Shown here: piece after piece, positions 25,341 through 38,200 of the stretch
Layout: each line of letters begins with the position of its first letter
Position numbering within the stretch: the stretch's first letter is position 1
Assembly (NCBI RefSeq): GCF_001194135.2
Contig: NC_068981.1
Coordinates: forward strand, 151,561,560-151,625,559
Reading direction: 5' to 3'
DNA length: 64,000 nucleotides
Source of the DNA: Octopus bimaculoides
Lineage: Eukaryota
Position numbers and translations under genes: made by a program
The notes under the pieces: model-generated
What the model was told of the DNA's origin: nothing
What the model saw: the letters and a program-made list of their open reading frames with translations, nothing else
Database searches by the model: none

Positions 25341-25705
25341 CCCACTGGGTTACTGCGCATAGGTCCGATTGAAGCATTGTTCGATCATATGCTCCGTTAA
25401 TGACTTTCTGGAGCTTAGAGTTATGTGCAAATATTTTTATGGTGCTATGGCGGTAGTTTACAGAGAGCGATTTATTCCCCTTTTTAAAGATAAGAACGAC
25501 TGACTGGGAGAGAAGGTTTCGAGGGATAAAACCGGCATCCAGTGATTTACTTCAGAGATTCGCAAGAGGAACTGCAAGTTGTTGTCTGCATTCCTTCAGC
25601 ACTCTAGCAGGGAACCTGTCCGGACCCAGTGATTAATCAGGTTTGATTTCTTTTATTGCTGCTAGGATATAAGTGGTGTCGAAGGTTATGTCGTTTGCGT
25701 TTCGC
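25340..25705 (-). pseudogene. CR1-clade LINE RT fragment with internal deletion
   Basis: SLGPDRFPARVLKECRQQLAVPLANL, FKKGNKSLSVNYR and IKIFAHNSKLQKVI..MLQSDLCAVTQWA; collinear with 56602-57230. Confidence 0.85.
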
Positions 25706-26070
25706 TTGGAAGGAAGCTGGTATTCGACTGCTGCTCTTCCATAAACAACTTTGCCAGGAATTGTGCTAAAGAGAGAAACTTTCTAGGTGCAATTCCATGG
25801 TCACTTATGACCGAAGGGCTCTTTACCCTTTATATGGATGGATGGATGGATGGATGGATGGATGGATATTATATTTATACATAGATGCATGTATCTATAC
25901 ATACACTAGCGAAAATCTTTATATTAAATTAGCTTCGAGGAGTTAATACATCAAAGAATTTATATTCTCAATCAAGTACCTTGATGTCTGCCATATTTTG
26001 TTGCTCGAAACCTCATACATTACAGGAAAATACATTTCCTTCCCTGACAGTTATTCAATTGTCTGCCAGT

Positions 26071-26134
<64 letters not shown>

Positions 26135-26957
26135 TTATCTATCTATCTATCCATCTATCTATCTATCAATTTTTCTGTATACATATCGAGCTATCTATAT
26201 CTATATATGCATACGCATTGAACATATATGACAAAAATATTTGTTTCCTTTGTGTCCAAAAGTTACACTGCATTACATGATCGATGTATAATAAAAGATA
26301 TATTTTAGGTTGTTGTTCGATAGTTTTTAGAAATTTTAGATAATTTTTGATTCTCCAAATCGCATCAATTTTGTCCTATGACACTATATTTTGTTACAAA
26401 TTTTAGATCAAGACCACTAGAGCTACGTGAAATCTTGTTGATTTTATCTTGATACAACACACTGTGTGGCATTAGGAAGCATTTTATCATATTCAATTTT
26501 CAGTTATTTTGTATAATAACACATCAAATTGCTTTCGGAGCTATAGTAACGGATTCATAAATTTAAAAAACATTCTTCTACATTTTGGTGGTATAACTAT
26601 GAGGGACCTAAAATACGTGACAACCTTAAAAGCCATTGCAGATTTAAAAGCAATCTCCCTTTTCATTCTTTTCACTGCTCTATATTACTCGCAGTGATTT
26701 CATATTGTTTGTCATTACCTGTCACTAAAATGTGGCGTGAAAATATCACCTTTCTCACACTTTTTCAAAAATGGAGACGACAGAGATAGTGATCAAGACA
26801 TGTCAGTTTCAGAGCATTATTGCATTGAGCAGAAGTCCTTTACTGACAGAGATGTCAGGATAAACATCGTTCTAATGAGCCTGCAGACAAGACAAACACA
26901 TTACCATATTGTATGTATGTATGTATGTATGTATGTATGTATGTATGTATGTATGAA

Positions 26958-27185
26958 TGTATGTATGTTATCAATCAGTTTCATTTCTGTATTTCTTGTC
27001 CATAGAGAAAGAGCCGGACTCTAACATAGATTCAAGGCTCCTTCATTGGAACTTTTATCAACATCATCTAGGTATTTGTGCATATGTGTGTGTGTGTGCA
27101 GTATTTGGTGTTAGTGTATGCGCAGATTTGTATGTTTGTTTTATGGATGCGTTTTTATGTATATATTTTCATGTCTAGATGCATG
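26958..27185 (+). mobile_element. Family T repeat (young copy)
   Basis: Nearly identical to the inverted copy at 51115-51330; (TATG)n on both sides. Confidence 0.85.
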
Positions 27186-27232
27186 CATGCATGCATGTAT
27201 GTATGTATGTATGTATGTATGTATGTGTCATT

Positions 27233-27608
27233 ATTACCTCCGCCTTAGTGAAGGCGGATGTATTGTTTTTAGTCGTGTTTACGTATATGTCTGTGGACGA
27301 GATATCTCAAGAACTGCTGGATGGATTCGGATGAAAATTTCAGGAATTTGGCCTTATGACTGGCACGAACCGATTAAATTTTGGGATCGATTCGGTACCA
27401 GACAAGGATTTGGGATTATTTTTCTTGTTTTTTTTTTTTCTTTTAACTTAACTTTTGAGAGCGGTCGGGTTCATTTTTAGTATTCTCGTTTGGAAATGCA
27501 GTCGAGTTTACTTAAGATATTCTCATTTAAAAAATTATTTCTGGCTAATCGTTGAGAGGTTGTTAGTGTTGCCTTGGCGGAGGTTTGTGCCCTCTGATTT
27601 CTCTTGTT
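27233..27608 (+). mobile_element. Helentron-associated non-autonomous element (HINE/DINE-1-like)
   Basis: 5' attacctccgcc..ggcgga stem-loop; 3' subterminal IR cttggcggaggt followed by a short 3' segment ending at TT. Confidence 0.75.
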
Positions 27609-27720
27609 TAGTTTTATTTCAAGATCTCTTGCTAATACAGAAAGAAACGGTTTCTAACCTTGATCCAAGGCTCCTTCATTGGTTTTTCAACATCAACAAC
27701 AGGGTATTTTTGTATGTCTG
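27608..27720 (+). mobile_element. Family T repeat
   Basis: ggtttctaaccttgatccaaggctccttcattggtttttcaacatcaacaacagggtatttttgtatg. Confidence 0.8.
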
Positions 27721-29417
27721 CAATGAGGAGAGTTGCCGAAGATAAAACAGCAGAGTTCAAGAAGAATGATATTTTTGAATTATTAAGGGAGGTGAGATAC
27801 GTGACAAATTAGATTCACGTTCTTCACACATTTACATTCTCAGTTGAATACTCTATCGATCGGAGAAGGTACTGGAGTACATCTTCTACGAGGTGCAATC
27901 AACAAAGCATGAAATGGTTCATTAGTATTCCCCATACCTTCTTTTTCGGTACATTAAAATCGTAGTTGGTATGTGTTTACCTTTTTATATGCTTCATTAT
28001 CACAGCTAAGGTTTTCTTATATGTAAATTTATTCTAGGATTTTTTATCCACGCTGTGCTATGCATAAAATATGTAGTTACTTCACTTGCGTAGGTGTTTG
28101 AAAAGGAAGTAAACATATTTGTCATTCCATTACCTACCACCAAAAAGGAAGTTACATTTAAATTTAACTATTGTGACTAATTACTAAAACCAAACCCTCG
28201 ATTGGGACACCTTAAATATGAATAGGTTGAAGGTCAACATTCGATCCATTATGATAGTGATTTTTGACACCGGAACAAAGCCGAAAATTTGATGTGGTGG
28301 GAAATGTCAGAAATATCGTTCCCAGAATTCTATTGGTGCTTGTTTTATCGATCCCAGAATGGTGGCAGACAAATGACATCAGCGGGATTTGAACACAGAA
28401 CATACAAATATGTGACCAGATACAGTATCACATATTCCACTGATTCTTCCAATCAACTTCTTTACAGCAACGTAATATTAATGTAGAACGTGTTTTGTGA
28501 TCAAACATCAAAGCCAGAATCGAAAGCAAAAGCATGCCTTCTTAGAATTAATTGATAAGTTAACATAGGAATGTAATAGCATGATAATGAGATATTCTTT
28601 GATGGCTTACAGAAGAGCGGATATTACATTAATGCGCTTTTTATTTCTCACAATTACAGTTTTAATCAAAGTAAGCATGTATATGTAGTTCATGGAATAT
28701 CTCGATTTTTGTTCTTAACTATAATACGATTGACACAACTCGAGCCACATATCTATCGCCTAATAAACAATCGTATTACTGACTGTAGCAAATTGAGTGG
28801 ATATTCTGCGGCTTTTAGAAGTCAGATTAATGTTTCCATATGTATAATGTTTTATTGTGTGCCCATTGAACCCATAGGCGTTGTTGTTGTCTATCATTTT
28901 GTCAACACTGAACGATTAAACCGATGGATGAAGGTGTTCCAATTACGATCATCCCATATTCTTATGTGGAAGATAACAGGCCTTAACATGTCATGTATTT
29001 GAGACAATAAATGTAATTTGGGGATATTTTGCCACTATTTCTAGCAGACCGTGGGTCAGTAAGAGCTTCTTTCTAACTCATCAAAATCTTAGTTGATAAA
29101 TCATAATTTTAATCATTTCCTCACATTTATTATTGAAGAATCCTCGATCGAGACGTGTGGCTTTATATTGTCATCAGTCAACTCTGCGTAGTTGACTAAT
29201 GACAAATTAAATATGTAAGAGACGGACGGGTGCAATGCACATTAACTATTCAGTTTAAAGAGAAAACACACATGATTTGATATGATGACATCATTAACGT
29301 AGTCGTCCCAATAGCTGTAATTACTTTGTTTTAGTTTCGTTATTGAGTTTATTGGTCTCCGATTTAAAAATCCAGTTTTCTAAAACAAAATTTCATATTG
29401 GTTATGCTAATAATTCA

Positions 29418-29790
29418 TGCATAGCTGAGCGGTAAGAAGCTTAGTTCCCAACCACATGGTCCAGCTTCAGTCCCACAGGGAGGCACCTAGGGTAAATGTC
29501 TTCTACTGTAGCCTCAGGCTGACTAAAGCTTTGTGAGTGAGTCTGGTGGACAGAAACTGAAAGAAGCCCATCGCATATGTGTATGTGTGTGTGTGTTTGT
29601 GTGTGTGTCTGCGTTCGCGTTTTGTCCCCTACCACAGCTTGACCACTGGTATTGGAGAATTTACGTCCCCGTAACTTAGCATTTCGGCAAAAGTAAACGA
29701 TAGAATAAATACCAGTCTTTAAAAAATATAAATACTAAGGTGGATACATTCGACTAAAAAGTTTTCAAGTCGGCGTATAATGACTGAAAT
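29418..29790 (+). mobile_element. tRNA-derived SINE, family B, near full length with internal (GT)n
   Basis: Head gctgagcggtaagaagctt..ccaaccacatggt, core gggtaaatgtcttctactgtagc, tail gactgaaataagtaaaaga. Confidence 0.85.
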
Positions 29791-30095
29791 AAGTAAAAGA
29801 TATTTAAAAACAAAACAGAAAATAGTCGTCAGTCTCTCTAACTGATATGAAGACCACACACATCCTATTCGTCCCCGAGACAGGCTCCAATTCATCTCTN
29901 NNNNNNNNNNNNNNNNNNNNNNNNNNNNNNNNNNNNNNNNNNNNNNNNNNNNNNNNNNNNNNNNNNNNNNNNNNNNNNNNNNNNNNNNNNNNNNNNNNNN
30001 NNNNNNNNNNNNNNNNNNNNNNNNNNNNNNNNNNNNNNNNNNNNNNNNNNNNNNNNNNNNNNNNNNNNNNNNNNNNNNNNNNNNNNNNNNNNNNN

Positions 30096-30128
<33 letters not shown>

Positions 30129-30836
30129 ATAACTTCACATTACTCCGAGGACATCATCTTCGCTGGCTTCCACATTCACAACTACTCCTGGTTCTTTCGC
30201 TCATCCCACATCATTGACGCCGATGCAAACACTTAATCTCTTGCAATCGTCAACTTCTTTTTCATTTATTTGTTTCCTATCCTACATAGAACGCAGTTCG
30301 GCACGCAAATACTACAAATATCCTCCATTTCTATTCTCAAAACTTAAGACATAACAAACTATAACTGGTTCCATACTTTTCGGGTATCCAACAGCTATAT
30401 AATTTCCACCACTAATCATCACACATCTACATACCACGCAACAAGCCCGGAGACCATGTACCTTGCAGTACTACAAGACAACCGACTAATCTGAGCTCCG
30501 CCATATTTCAAACACCTATCGCTGGCAGCATGTGCCTCGTTCCTGATTCATCAACAACGGCTAGCCAATTGATTGAAATTATAGTTTTAGGTATGTCTCT
30601 CAACATTCCGCACGCAACAAAAATTCAGTGCTCCACGTCCCTCAAGTAATTCATTCATAGTTGTACGGAAGCTGTTCAGAAAAAAAAAAAAATAAGGCTT
30701 ACAACGACTGGAAAAATTCACCCCACTCCCACAAAAAGATGTGTGGCGTTTATCCAGTAATGCAACATCTGCAGGAAAACTATATCAACCTCAAAATATT
30801 ACATCGTGTATTGTACAGTTCTCAAGCAATACTCAC

Positions 30837-30934
30837 CTTTCCAACTACAGTTGATTGCTCTGGTCCCTTGGCAAAAGTATTTCCTTCAATCTATTTCATA
30901 ACAATGATGATTCTGTGAGCAGTAAAACATCCAC
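30837..30934 (-). other. Candidate 98-nt non-coding exon
   Basis: ttttcttgcag|GTGGAT...GGAAAG|gtgagt; strong sites; stop codons in all three frames. Confidence 0.45.
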
Positions 30935-31684
30935 CTGCAAGAAAACCTTCACGAAGACTTATTTACATTCCTTACTCTTTTTTGTTTCCTTATTTGCATT
31001 CTAAATGCAAACAAACTTTCTAGTAAGATTAAAGCTTAGAACGACAAAAACTTGCTCTAATATAAACGTCTCTCAGGATTACACAAGATGCTAGGATCAA
31101 ATACCGTAGGCAACTTTCAGTTTTTCCGCCATCCCAGGCTTTTTAAAATTTATTGCATTATATGCTATTATTAATAAGTGATTTCACTTTTGAGGCATAT
31201 TTAGATAATGTGTAATATCGGCATATTTAAGTTTTTCCTTAACTGTAAGAACGGCTGAGAAACGGAAACAAATGCATATATGCGTTTTTAGATATATCTG
31301 GGAGCAGAAACTTATTAATTCATTCATAATACAGGCTATATTGAATAATCTGAAATATCCAATGTAGGTGTACTTATAACTCTTTTGAAAGCCTGTAGTG
31401 AAATGAAAACAAATTTAAATACACTTTAGGTAATTAATTAATTAATTGGTAAGTTAATGAACAGCCATGTCAAAGATTCTTCGTTATATAAATGTGACTA
31501 ACCATTTCAGTTTAGTAAAAGTTATTTTGATATAGAGACCTATAGGCTAAGAATGTTTCCCTGCAAATGGTCATGTTACTAGTTAGAATAATATTTTTAT
31601 GCCCATGGAGAGATACAAAATTGTGTTTACGTAAGTTTACATTCTGTAGTGAGGCTTATAAGATATGTGTGTGAGTGTGTATGT

Positions 31685-31723
<39 letters not shown>

Positions 31724-32989
31724 GTATNNNNNNNNNNNNNNNNNNNNNNNNNNNNNNNNNNNNNNNNNNNNNNNNNNNNNNNNNNNNNNNNNNNNNNNNN
31801 NNNNNNNNNNNNNNNNNNNNNNNNNNNNNNNNNNNNNNNNNNNNNNNNNNNNNNNNNNNNNNNNNNNNNNNNNNNNNNNNNNNNNNNNNNNNNNNNNNNN
31901 NNNNNNNNNNNNNNNNNNNNNNNNNNNNNNNNNNNNNNNNNNNNNNNNNNNNNNNNNNNNNNNNNNNNNNNNNNNNNNNNNNNNNNNNNNNNNNNNNNNN
32001 NNNNNNNNNNNNNNNNNNNNNNNNNNNNNNNNNNNNNNNNNNNNNNNNNNNNNNNNNNNNNNNNNNNNNNNNNNNNNNNNNNNNNNNNNNNNNNNNNNNN
32101 NNNNNNNNNNNNNNNNNNNNNNNNNNNNNNNNNNNNNNNNNNNNNNNNNNNNNNNNNNNNNNNNNNNNNNNNNNNNNNNNNNNNNNNNNNNNNNNNNNNN
32201 NNNNNNNNNNNNNNNNNNNNNNNNNNNNNNNNNNNNNNNNNNNNNNNNNNNNNNNNNNNNNNNNNNNNNNNNNNNNNNNNNNNNNNNNNNNNNNNNNNNN
32301 NNNNNNNNNNNNNNNNNNNNNNNNNNNNNNNNNNNNNNNNNNNNNNNNNNNNNNNNNNNNNNNNNNNNNNNNNNNNNNNNNNNNNNNNNNNNNNNNNNNN
32401 NNNNNNNNNNNNNNNNNNNNNNNNNNNNNNNNNNNNNNNNNNNNNNNNNNNNNNNNNNNNNNNNNNNNNNNNNNNNNNNNNNNNNNNNNNNNNNNNNNNN
32501 NNNNNNNNNNNNNNNNNNNNNNNNNNNNNNNNNNNNNNNNNNNNNNNNNNNNNNNNNNNNNNNNNNNNNNNNNNNNNNNNNNNNNNNNNNNNNNNNNNNN
32601 NNNNNNNNNNNNNNNNNNNNNNNNNNNNNNNNNNNNNNNNNNNNNNNNNNNNNNNNNNNNNNNNNNNNNNNNNNNNNNATATATATATATATATATATAT
32701 ACATATATATATACATATAGGGTATTATTTTACAGAACAAACGGTAAGCGGTTGTCATTACTAGTACTCGGAGTTTCGTATGTCGGAGCGAAGAGCTACG
32801 GGTACATTTTTGCCGGCTAGTAAATGGCTACAGACGCTACGAAAAGCCGTTAAATATATGGGAAGTAACTCTAATAGATGGAAAAAGATATAAAAAAGAT
32901 AAAAATAGGAAAAAGATTAAATAGATAAAAAATATAAAAAGTTATAAAGGTATAGATATACACACACACATATTCTCACAAAAAATAAT

Positions 32990-33690
32990 ATCATACACAG
33001 ACGCTTGTACCCTTTCTGTGCAAGATTTTCAACAACACTAACAATGTCACTCACGTTTTCGACCTTCTTCCCACACATTCTGAAGATGTCCGATGCACTT
33101 GTGTGGTATATATTCTTTTTCACTGAGTTGGTATTCAATGCCTAGTTCTGGGCAGCGATGATTAAGCTTTCAGTATTCTTTTTTAGGTCACCCTTCTTGA
33201 ACCAACTCCATGATGCTTCCAGGTCTTTTAATTTGTTGGTTTCACGGTGGAACTGACCATATAATTCCATAGGGAGTAGGGTTCCTTCTCTCTCGTTGGC
33301 TGTTCTTGATCTGAATTCATGAGCAATCTCAAGTCCATTTTTGTTAACTCCTTCTGCACTAACAGCATACTGTCGGAAGTCTTGTTTGCTGTTTACCAAA
33401 TATTCTTCCTCTTTCTTCTTTCACTGTTGATGCACTCCCGTATGCTAATCCGCCCATGTCCACCTTTACCTCTCTTCATGTAGAGCCTGTGTATATTTGC
33501 CTTAGGGTGGAGGACACCTTGCATTATCCTTGTCTTTCATGTAGTATGATCGAGTTGGTTAATCTCTGCTTGTGTCCATTTCAGGATGGATGCGCTATAG
33601 CGAACTACAGCAAAAGCCCATATATTGATGGCAGACACAAGGTTCCTTGTGTTGAGCTTTGATTTCAGAAGAAATTTGAGGCGCTTGAAA
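32990..33690 (-). pseudogene. R4/Dong-type LINE fragment (post-RT thumb to zinc-knuckle region)
   Basis: LYGQFHRETNKLKDLEASWSWFKKGDLKKNTESLIIAAQN and FRMCGKKVENVSDIVS; its 5' end abuts (AAT)n. Confidence 0.85.
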
Positions 33691-33771
<81 letters not shown>

Positions 33772-33772
33772 C

Positions 33773-33804
<32 letters not shown>

Positions 33805-33841
33805 CATCATTATTATTATTATTATTATTATTATTTGTATG

Positions 33842-33875
<34 letters not shown>

Positions 33876-33890
33876 TGTATGTATGTTTGC
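33691..33890. repeat. (ATT)n/(ATC)n/(TATG)n compound microsatellite
   Basis: Direct reading. Confidence 0.95.
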
Positions 33891-34586
33891 ATGTATACTT
33901 CAGTGTGTGTGTGTGTTCCTATATTTCTGAACAAAAACCCTTTATTTGAATAGTCTAAATCAATCAAAATGAGTGTAGATTCTCAAATATTCTGTGGTGT
34001 ATTCCTTATTGCGCCTTTCAATAACCATACAGAATCATTCGATTTTAATATTATTTAGTTATTGTGACTAATCATTTAAATGAAATCAGGCTGCCATCAT
34101 TGACAATATATTGTTACACTTGACTTTTAACTTGGTAGTTATCACACTGATTGAACTTTATCTGGATTGCAATTGATTCTAAAGATTTTATCATTAAGTT
34201 GCATTCATATATTTTTCGTTGTTTTCCAAGGGTTGCAGATTAAGTTTTCAGTTGTATTAATTTGTTTTAGTTCTTGAAGATCTTATATTTCTGATTTATT
34301 GCTTTTGTAATGATTATATTTCTAAAGTCAAATTATTTTTCCCCAGTTGACATTTAGGATTGATTTTCTTGTAAGTACGTACTAAAACGATTAACTTAGT
34401 CTACTAGCAAGTGACGTAGCAAAAATATGGATAAAAGATAACTTATGCTGAAATTTGAGATTTAGGATTGTCTCGACATTTAATAATTATCGTGAAAAAA
34501 CAAAACGAAATATATAATACGATGCTATGTATAGTACTGCAAAACTAAGCATATATTCAAATAATATAATTATAAGCGTTTGTATA

Positions 34587-34803
34587 CGAGAGTGTGCTGA
34601 AAAGTTCCTCACTTTAAGGGTATCACGAAAGACCTGGTTGGTGGCCTAACCTTCCGAGTTCTTTCACAGGGCTTAGAAAAACTGAAAGAACGCTGCATTA
34701 GATGTGTGAATTTGAGAGGAGAATATGTTAAATAATATGATTAACTGATCTTCTTGCATTTTCTTTTACCGAAAACCAGGAACTTTTCAGTCCGCCCCAA
34801 TCG
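34587..34803 (+). mobile_element. 217-bp mariner-derived MITE
   Basis: TA-flanked TIRs cgagagtgtgctgaaaagttcct / aggaacttttcagtccgccccaatcg; the interior keeps the transposase C-terminus EKLKERCIRCVNLRGEYVK*. Confidence 0.85.
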
Positions 34804-35039
34804 TATGTAGCGTGTATGCAAATCATAATACATGTATACACTTCACTTTTACTTTTACGTTTCAACCAAAGACAGAGTCCATGATCGGCGTCAGAATTTA
34901 CTTTCTGTGAATGAGGACGATGGACAACGTCGGATTCATTTGTGTTCTGCCTTCATGCGGGATCATCAGGTAACCCAGATAAAAAAATTCTGTATGTTTT
35001 TAATATATCCTCATTTACACCTTGTAGATCTTTGTAGAG

Positions 35040-35755
35040 TTTTTTGGCAAGGTATTGAGATGATGTGGACTCCTGAACTGTGCGTCAAACCAGGTAGATT
35101 GTCTCTTTGTTTCTGGTTCAAAGTGACGAAGCCAACACTCATCCTGGCTTCGGAAAAAATCACGGAAACAAGCTGGATTTGTTTCAAATAATGTCTGCTT
35201 TTCCTGTGACGTGATCAACCTGGTGCACTTTTGATCAGGTGTCAGAAGATGTGATACCCATCGAGCAGAAACCTTCGTCATGCCAAGTCTATTGCACAGA
35301 ATATTCTCAACTCTCTTATGTTAATAGCATTGGTAATTTGATTTATAGTCAACCACTTGTCACCAATCACTCTCAATGTTTTCCCTGGGGTGGGAGTAGC
35401 AGGACGTCCAGACCTTGGGTCATCTTCCAAAATCTACCTTCAATTCTTAATTTCACGTGCCCACTTTTGCACTATTGATAAATCTGGCTGGAGCGGCATC
35501 CCCTAATGTAGCAACCATATCAGTATGAATGTTCTTGGGAGCTAAACCCTTATTCTGCAGACACTTAATAACAACATAATGCGAACTTTTGTCCATTTTC
35601 AAGAGAAGATGCTACTAGTTAGTTCTGAAGCCTTCTTTGAACAGTGAAATGTCAGTTTATCTGAAAAAGATCTATGCACTTATTGATGAGAAGGGTTGAG
35701 ATTAATGCATGCAATATTTCACAACTCTAGCATCACTCCTTCATTGTCAACCTAT
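35040..35755 (-). pseudogene. Mariner transposase 5' half
   Basis: KVSARWVSHLLTPDQK...QDECWLRHFEPETKRQS (WVPHLL and DExW motifs). Confidence 0.85.
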
Positions 35756-36450
35756 GGATTATTCAATCCATTTTCGTATACATATATATATGTATGTGTG
35801 TGTTTGAGTGTGTGTGCGTGCGTGTGTATGTATGCAGGTACAAGCACACGCTCACGCACTCCTACACAAACGCATATACATACACAAACATATTTATGTG
35901 AATTCATCTGCGAAAATAGTAATATCTCAACTACTACAGTAAGAGTTCTCCGATATTATGCATTAAATGGCGTTAGATCAGAAACAACACTAGAAGACTG
36001 TGTGTGTGTAGGCACGCACACACGCACACACACACACATACACACACACATACACAAGCACACACATACACACACACACAGAAACGTGAAGAATGACTGA
36101 CATTTAGAAAGAAAAATATTTATTATGACAAATTTACACAATGCACTTGCTTTTGGTTTGGCGGAAGAAAGAAAACAAACTGGTTACATTCAAAATTGCT
36201 TCTATCTACATTTATGATTATATTTACCATGGGTACTCCGATTTTAGTGAATTTAAGTCATATTCCTTCATGAGAGGTGTCTAAAAGGTTTGGTGACAGT
36301 AAAGGTGGTGAGCTGTAAAATACAGCTTAATAAATCGTCCAGCACATACTAGCATGGGAAAGTGGACATAAACAACTGATGACTAAATGCTTCTAAAATA
36401 AATGTAACTCATTTTTCTTCTTTTTTTTATCTCCTTTCTCTTTTTATATT

Positions 36451-36656
36451 TGTTTCAGTCGTTTGACTGCGGCCATGCTGGATCACCGCCTTTAGTCGAA
36501 CAAATCGACCCCAGGACTTATCTTTGTGAGCCTAGTACTTATCCTATCGGTATCCTTTGCCGAATCACTAAGTTACGAGAACGTAAGTACACCAACATCG
36601 GTTGTCAAGTGATGATGGAGGGACAAACACAGGCACACAAACACACACACCACACA
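36451..36656 (-). mobile_element. Family B SINE, 3' half
   Basis: Reverse complement ends ccagcatggccgcagtcaaacgactgaaaca plus an A-rich tail; matches the 3' half of 29418-29790. Confidence 0.85.
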
Positions 36657-37489
36657 NNNNNNNNNNNNNNNNNNNNNNNNNNNNNNNNNNNNNNNNNNNN
36701 NNNNNNNNNNNNNNNNNNNNNNNNNNNNNNNNNNNNNNNNNNNNNNNNNNNNNNNNNNNNNNNNNNNNNNNNNNNNNNNNNNNNNNNNNNNNNNNNNNNN
36801 NNNNNNNNNNNNNNNNNNNNNNNNNNNNNNNNNNNNNNNNNNNNNNNNNNNNNNNNNNNNNNNNNNNNNNNNNNNNNNNNNNNNNNNNNNNNNNNNNNNN
36901 NNNNNNNNNNNNNNNNNNNNNNNNNNNNNNNNNNNNNNNNNNNNNNNNNNNNNNNNNNNNNNNNNNNNNNNNNNNNNNNNNNNNNNNNNNNNNNNNNNNN
37001 NNNNNNNNNNNNNNNNNNNNNNNNNNNNNNNNNNNNNNNNNNNNNNNNNNNNNNNNNNNNNNNNNNNNNNNNNNNNNNNNNNNNNNNNNNNNNNNNNNNN
37101 NNNNNNNNNNNNNNNNNNNNNNNNNNNNNNNNNNNNNNNNNNNNNNNNNNNNNNNNNNNNNNNNNNNNNNNNNNNNNNNNNNNNNNNNNNNNNNNNNNNN
37201 NNNNNNNNNNNNNNNNNNNNNNNNNNNNNNNNNNNNNNNNNNNNNNNNNNNNNNNNNNNNNNNNNNNNNNNNNNNNNNNNNNNNNNNNNNNNNNNNNNNN
37301 NNNNNNNNNNNNNNNNNNNNNNNNNNNNNNNNNNNNNNNNNNNNNNNNNNNNNNNNNNNNNNNNNNNNNNNNNNNNNNNNNNNNNNNNNNNNNNNNNNNN
37401 NNNNNNNNNNNNNNNNNNNNNNNNNNNNNNNNNNNNNNNNNNNNNNNNNNNNNNNNNNNNNNNNNNNNNNNNNNNNNNNNNNNNNNATT

Positions 37490-38200
37490 TAAGACCTCCG
37501 CAGCCACCTGCGGAGGCCAACGTGGATGGTCTATACATTCCCAGTCGTAACGCTCAAGGTAAAATAGATCATCCAGACACTTTTCGACGGGCCCTCCCTT
37601 AAGGTAACAGAAGATATACTCTGTTTCCTCATCATCGGAAGGGGCCGCAACCTGCTCTGTCGGTGATACAAATTCCACTGACAGAACCTCCCGATCCGGT
37701 CGCACACTTCCCAACGGAGGGGCAACGAGTTCGGTCGGTGGCACGTCCGCCGACCGTCTCCCGTTTCTCCTTTTCTTTTTTTTTCCTTTTACCGGTTGCG
37801 GGGATCGGAGCATCTTTCGGCACACCCGAGGTGCCCTCCTTTCCCGCAACGGCTATTTCTCCTGGTGAGCAACCACCGTTGCTCGCCTTCCTCTTTCTAT
37901 TCGTGGAGGCCACTGCCTCCACGACTTCCTCCGTCTTCCCCTCCAATGGTGGGCGGAGGACTCATTCTCTTTTTTCCTCTGCTCCGGGGCCTTACTTCGG
38001 CCCTTGGGACAGTTCTTTTTTAAATGGCGGATTCAAGGCACTTGTGACATTTAGGAGGGCGTCCCTCCAAAATCACTGGATAACTTGCCTGAGCCGTCCT
38101 TAAAAAGTCTGGAAACACCAGACTCGCAATCGACTGGGACCAAAGGGTCAACATCGCTTTTGACCCCTCCCAGTCAATTACTGGCAAAATTTTTACATTG
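37490..38200 (-). pseudogene. ORF1 (Gag-like CCHC knuckle) of an L1/Tx1-like LINE
   Basis: SYPVILEGRPPKCHKCLES, then a -1 shift restores GHLKKNCP (C-x2-C-x4-H-x4-C); basic low-complexity C-terminus; GC-rich; both ends run into gaps. Confidence 0.7.

Noticed and set aside
26990-27050. Hammerhead in family T repeats (CCAATGAAG-GAGCC...GGCTC)
   Set aside because: The core differs at essential U4/G5, and TTTC rather than GAAA follows the stem.
30130-30540. Possible LINE endonuclease remnant on the minus strand
   Set aside because: Only vague similarity, with multiple stops; cannot be supported.
34900-34978. CTGATGA...CCGACGTT hammerhead-like remnant on the minus strand
   Set aside because: GAAA is missing and stems I and II do not pair.
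35985-36090. CTAGAAGA-(TG)n/(CA)n-GAAACGTG
   Set aside because: The stem is just opposing microsatellites, the core has an insertion, position 17 is G, and there is no stem I.
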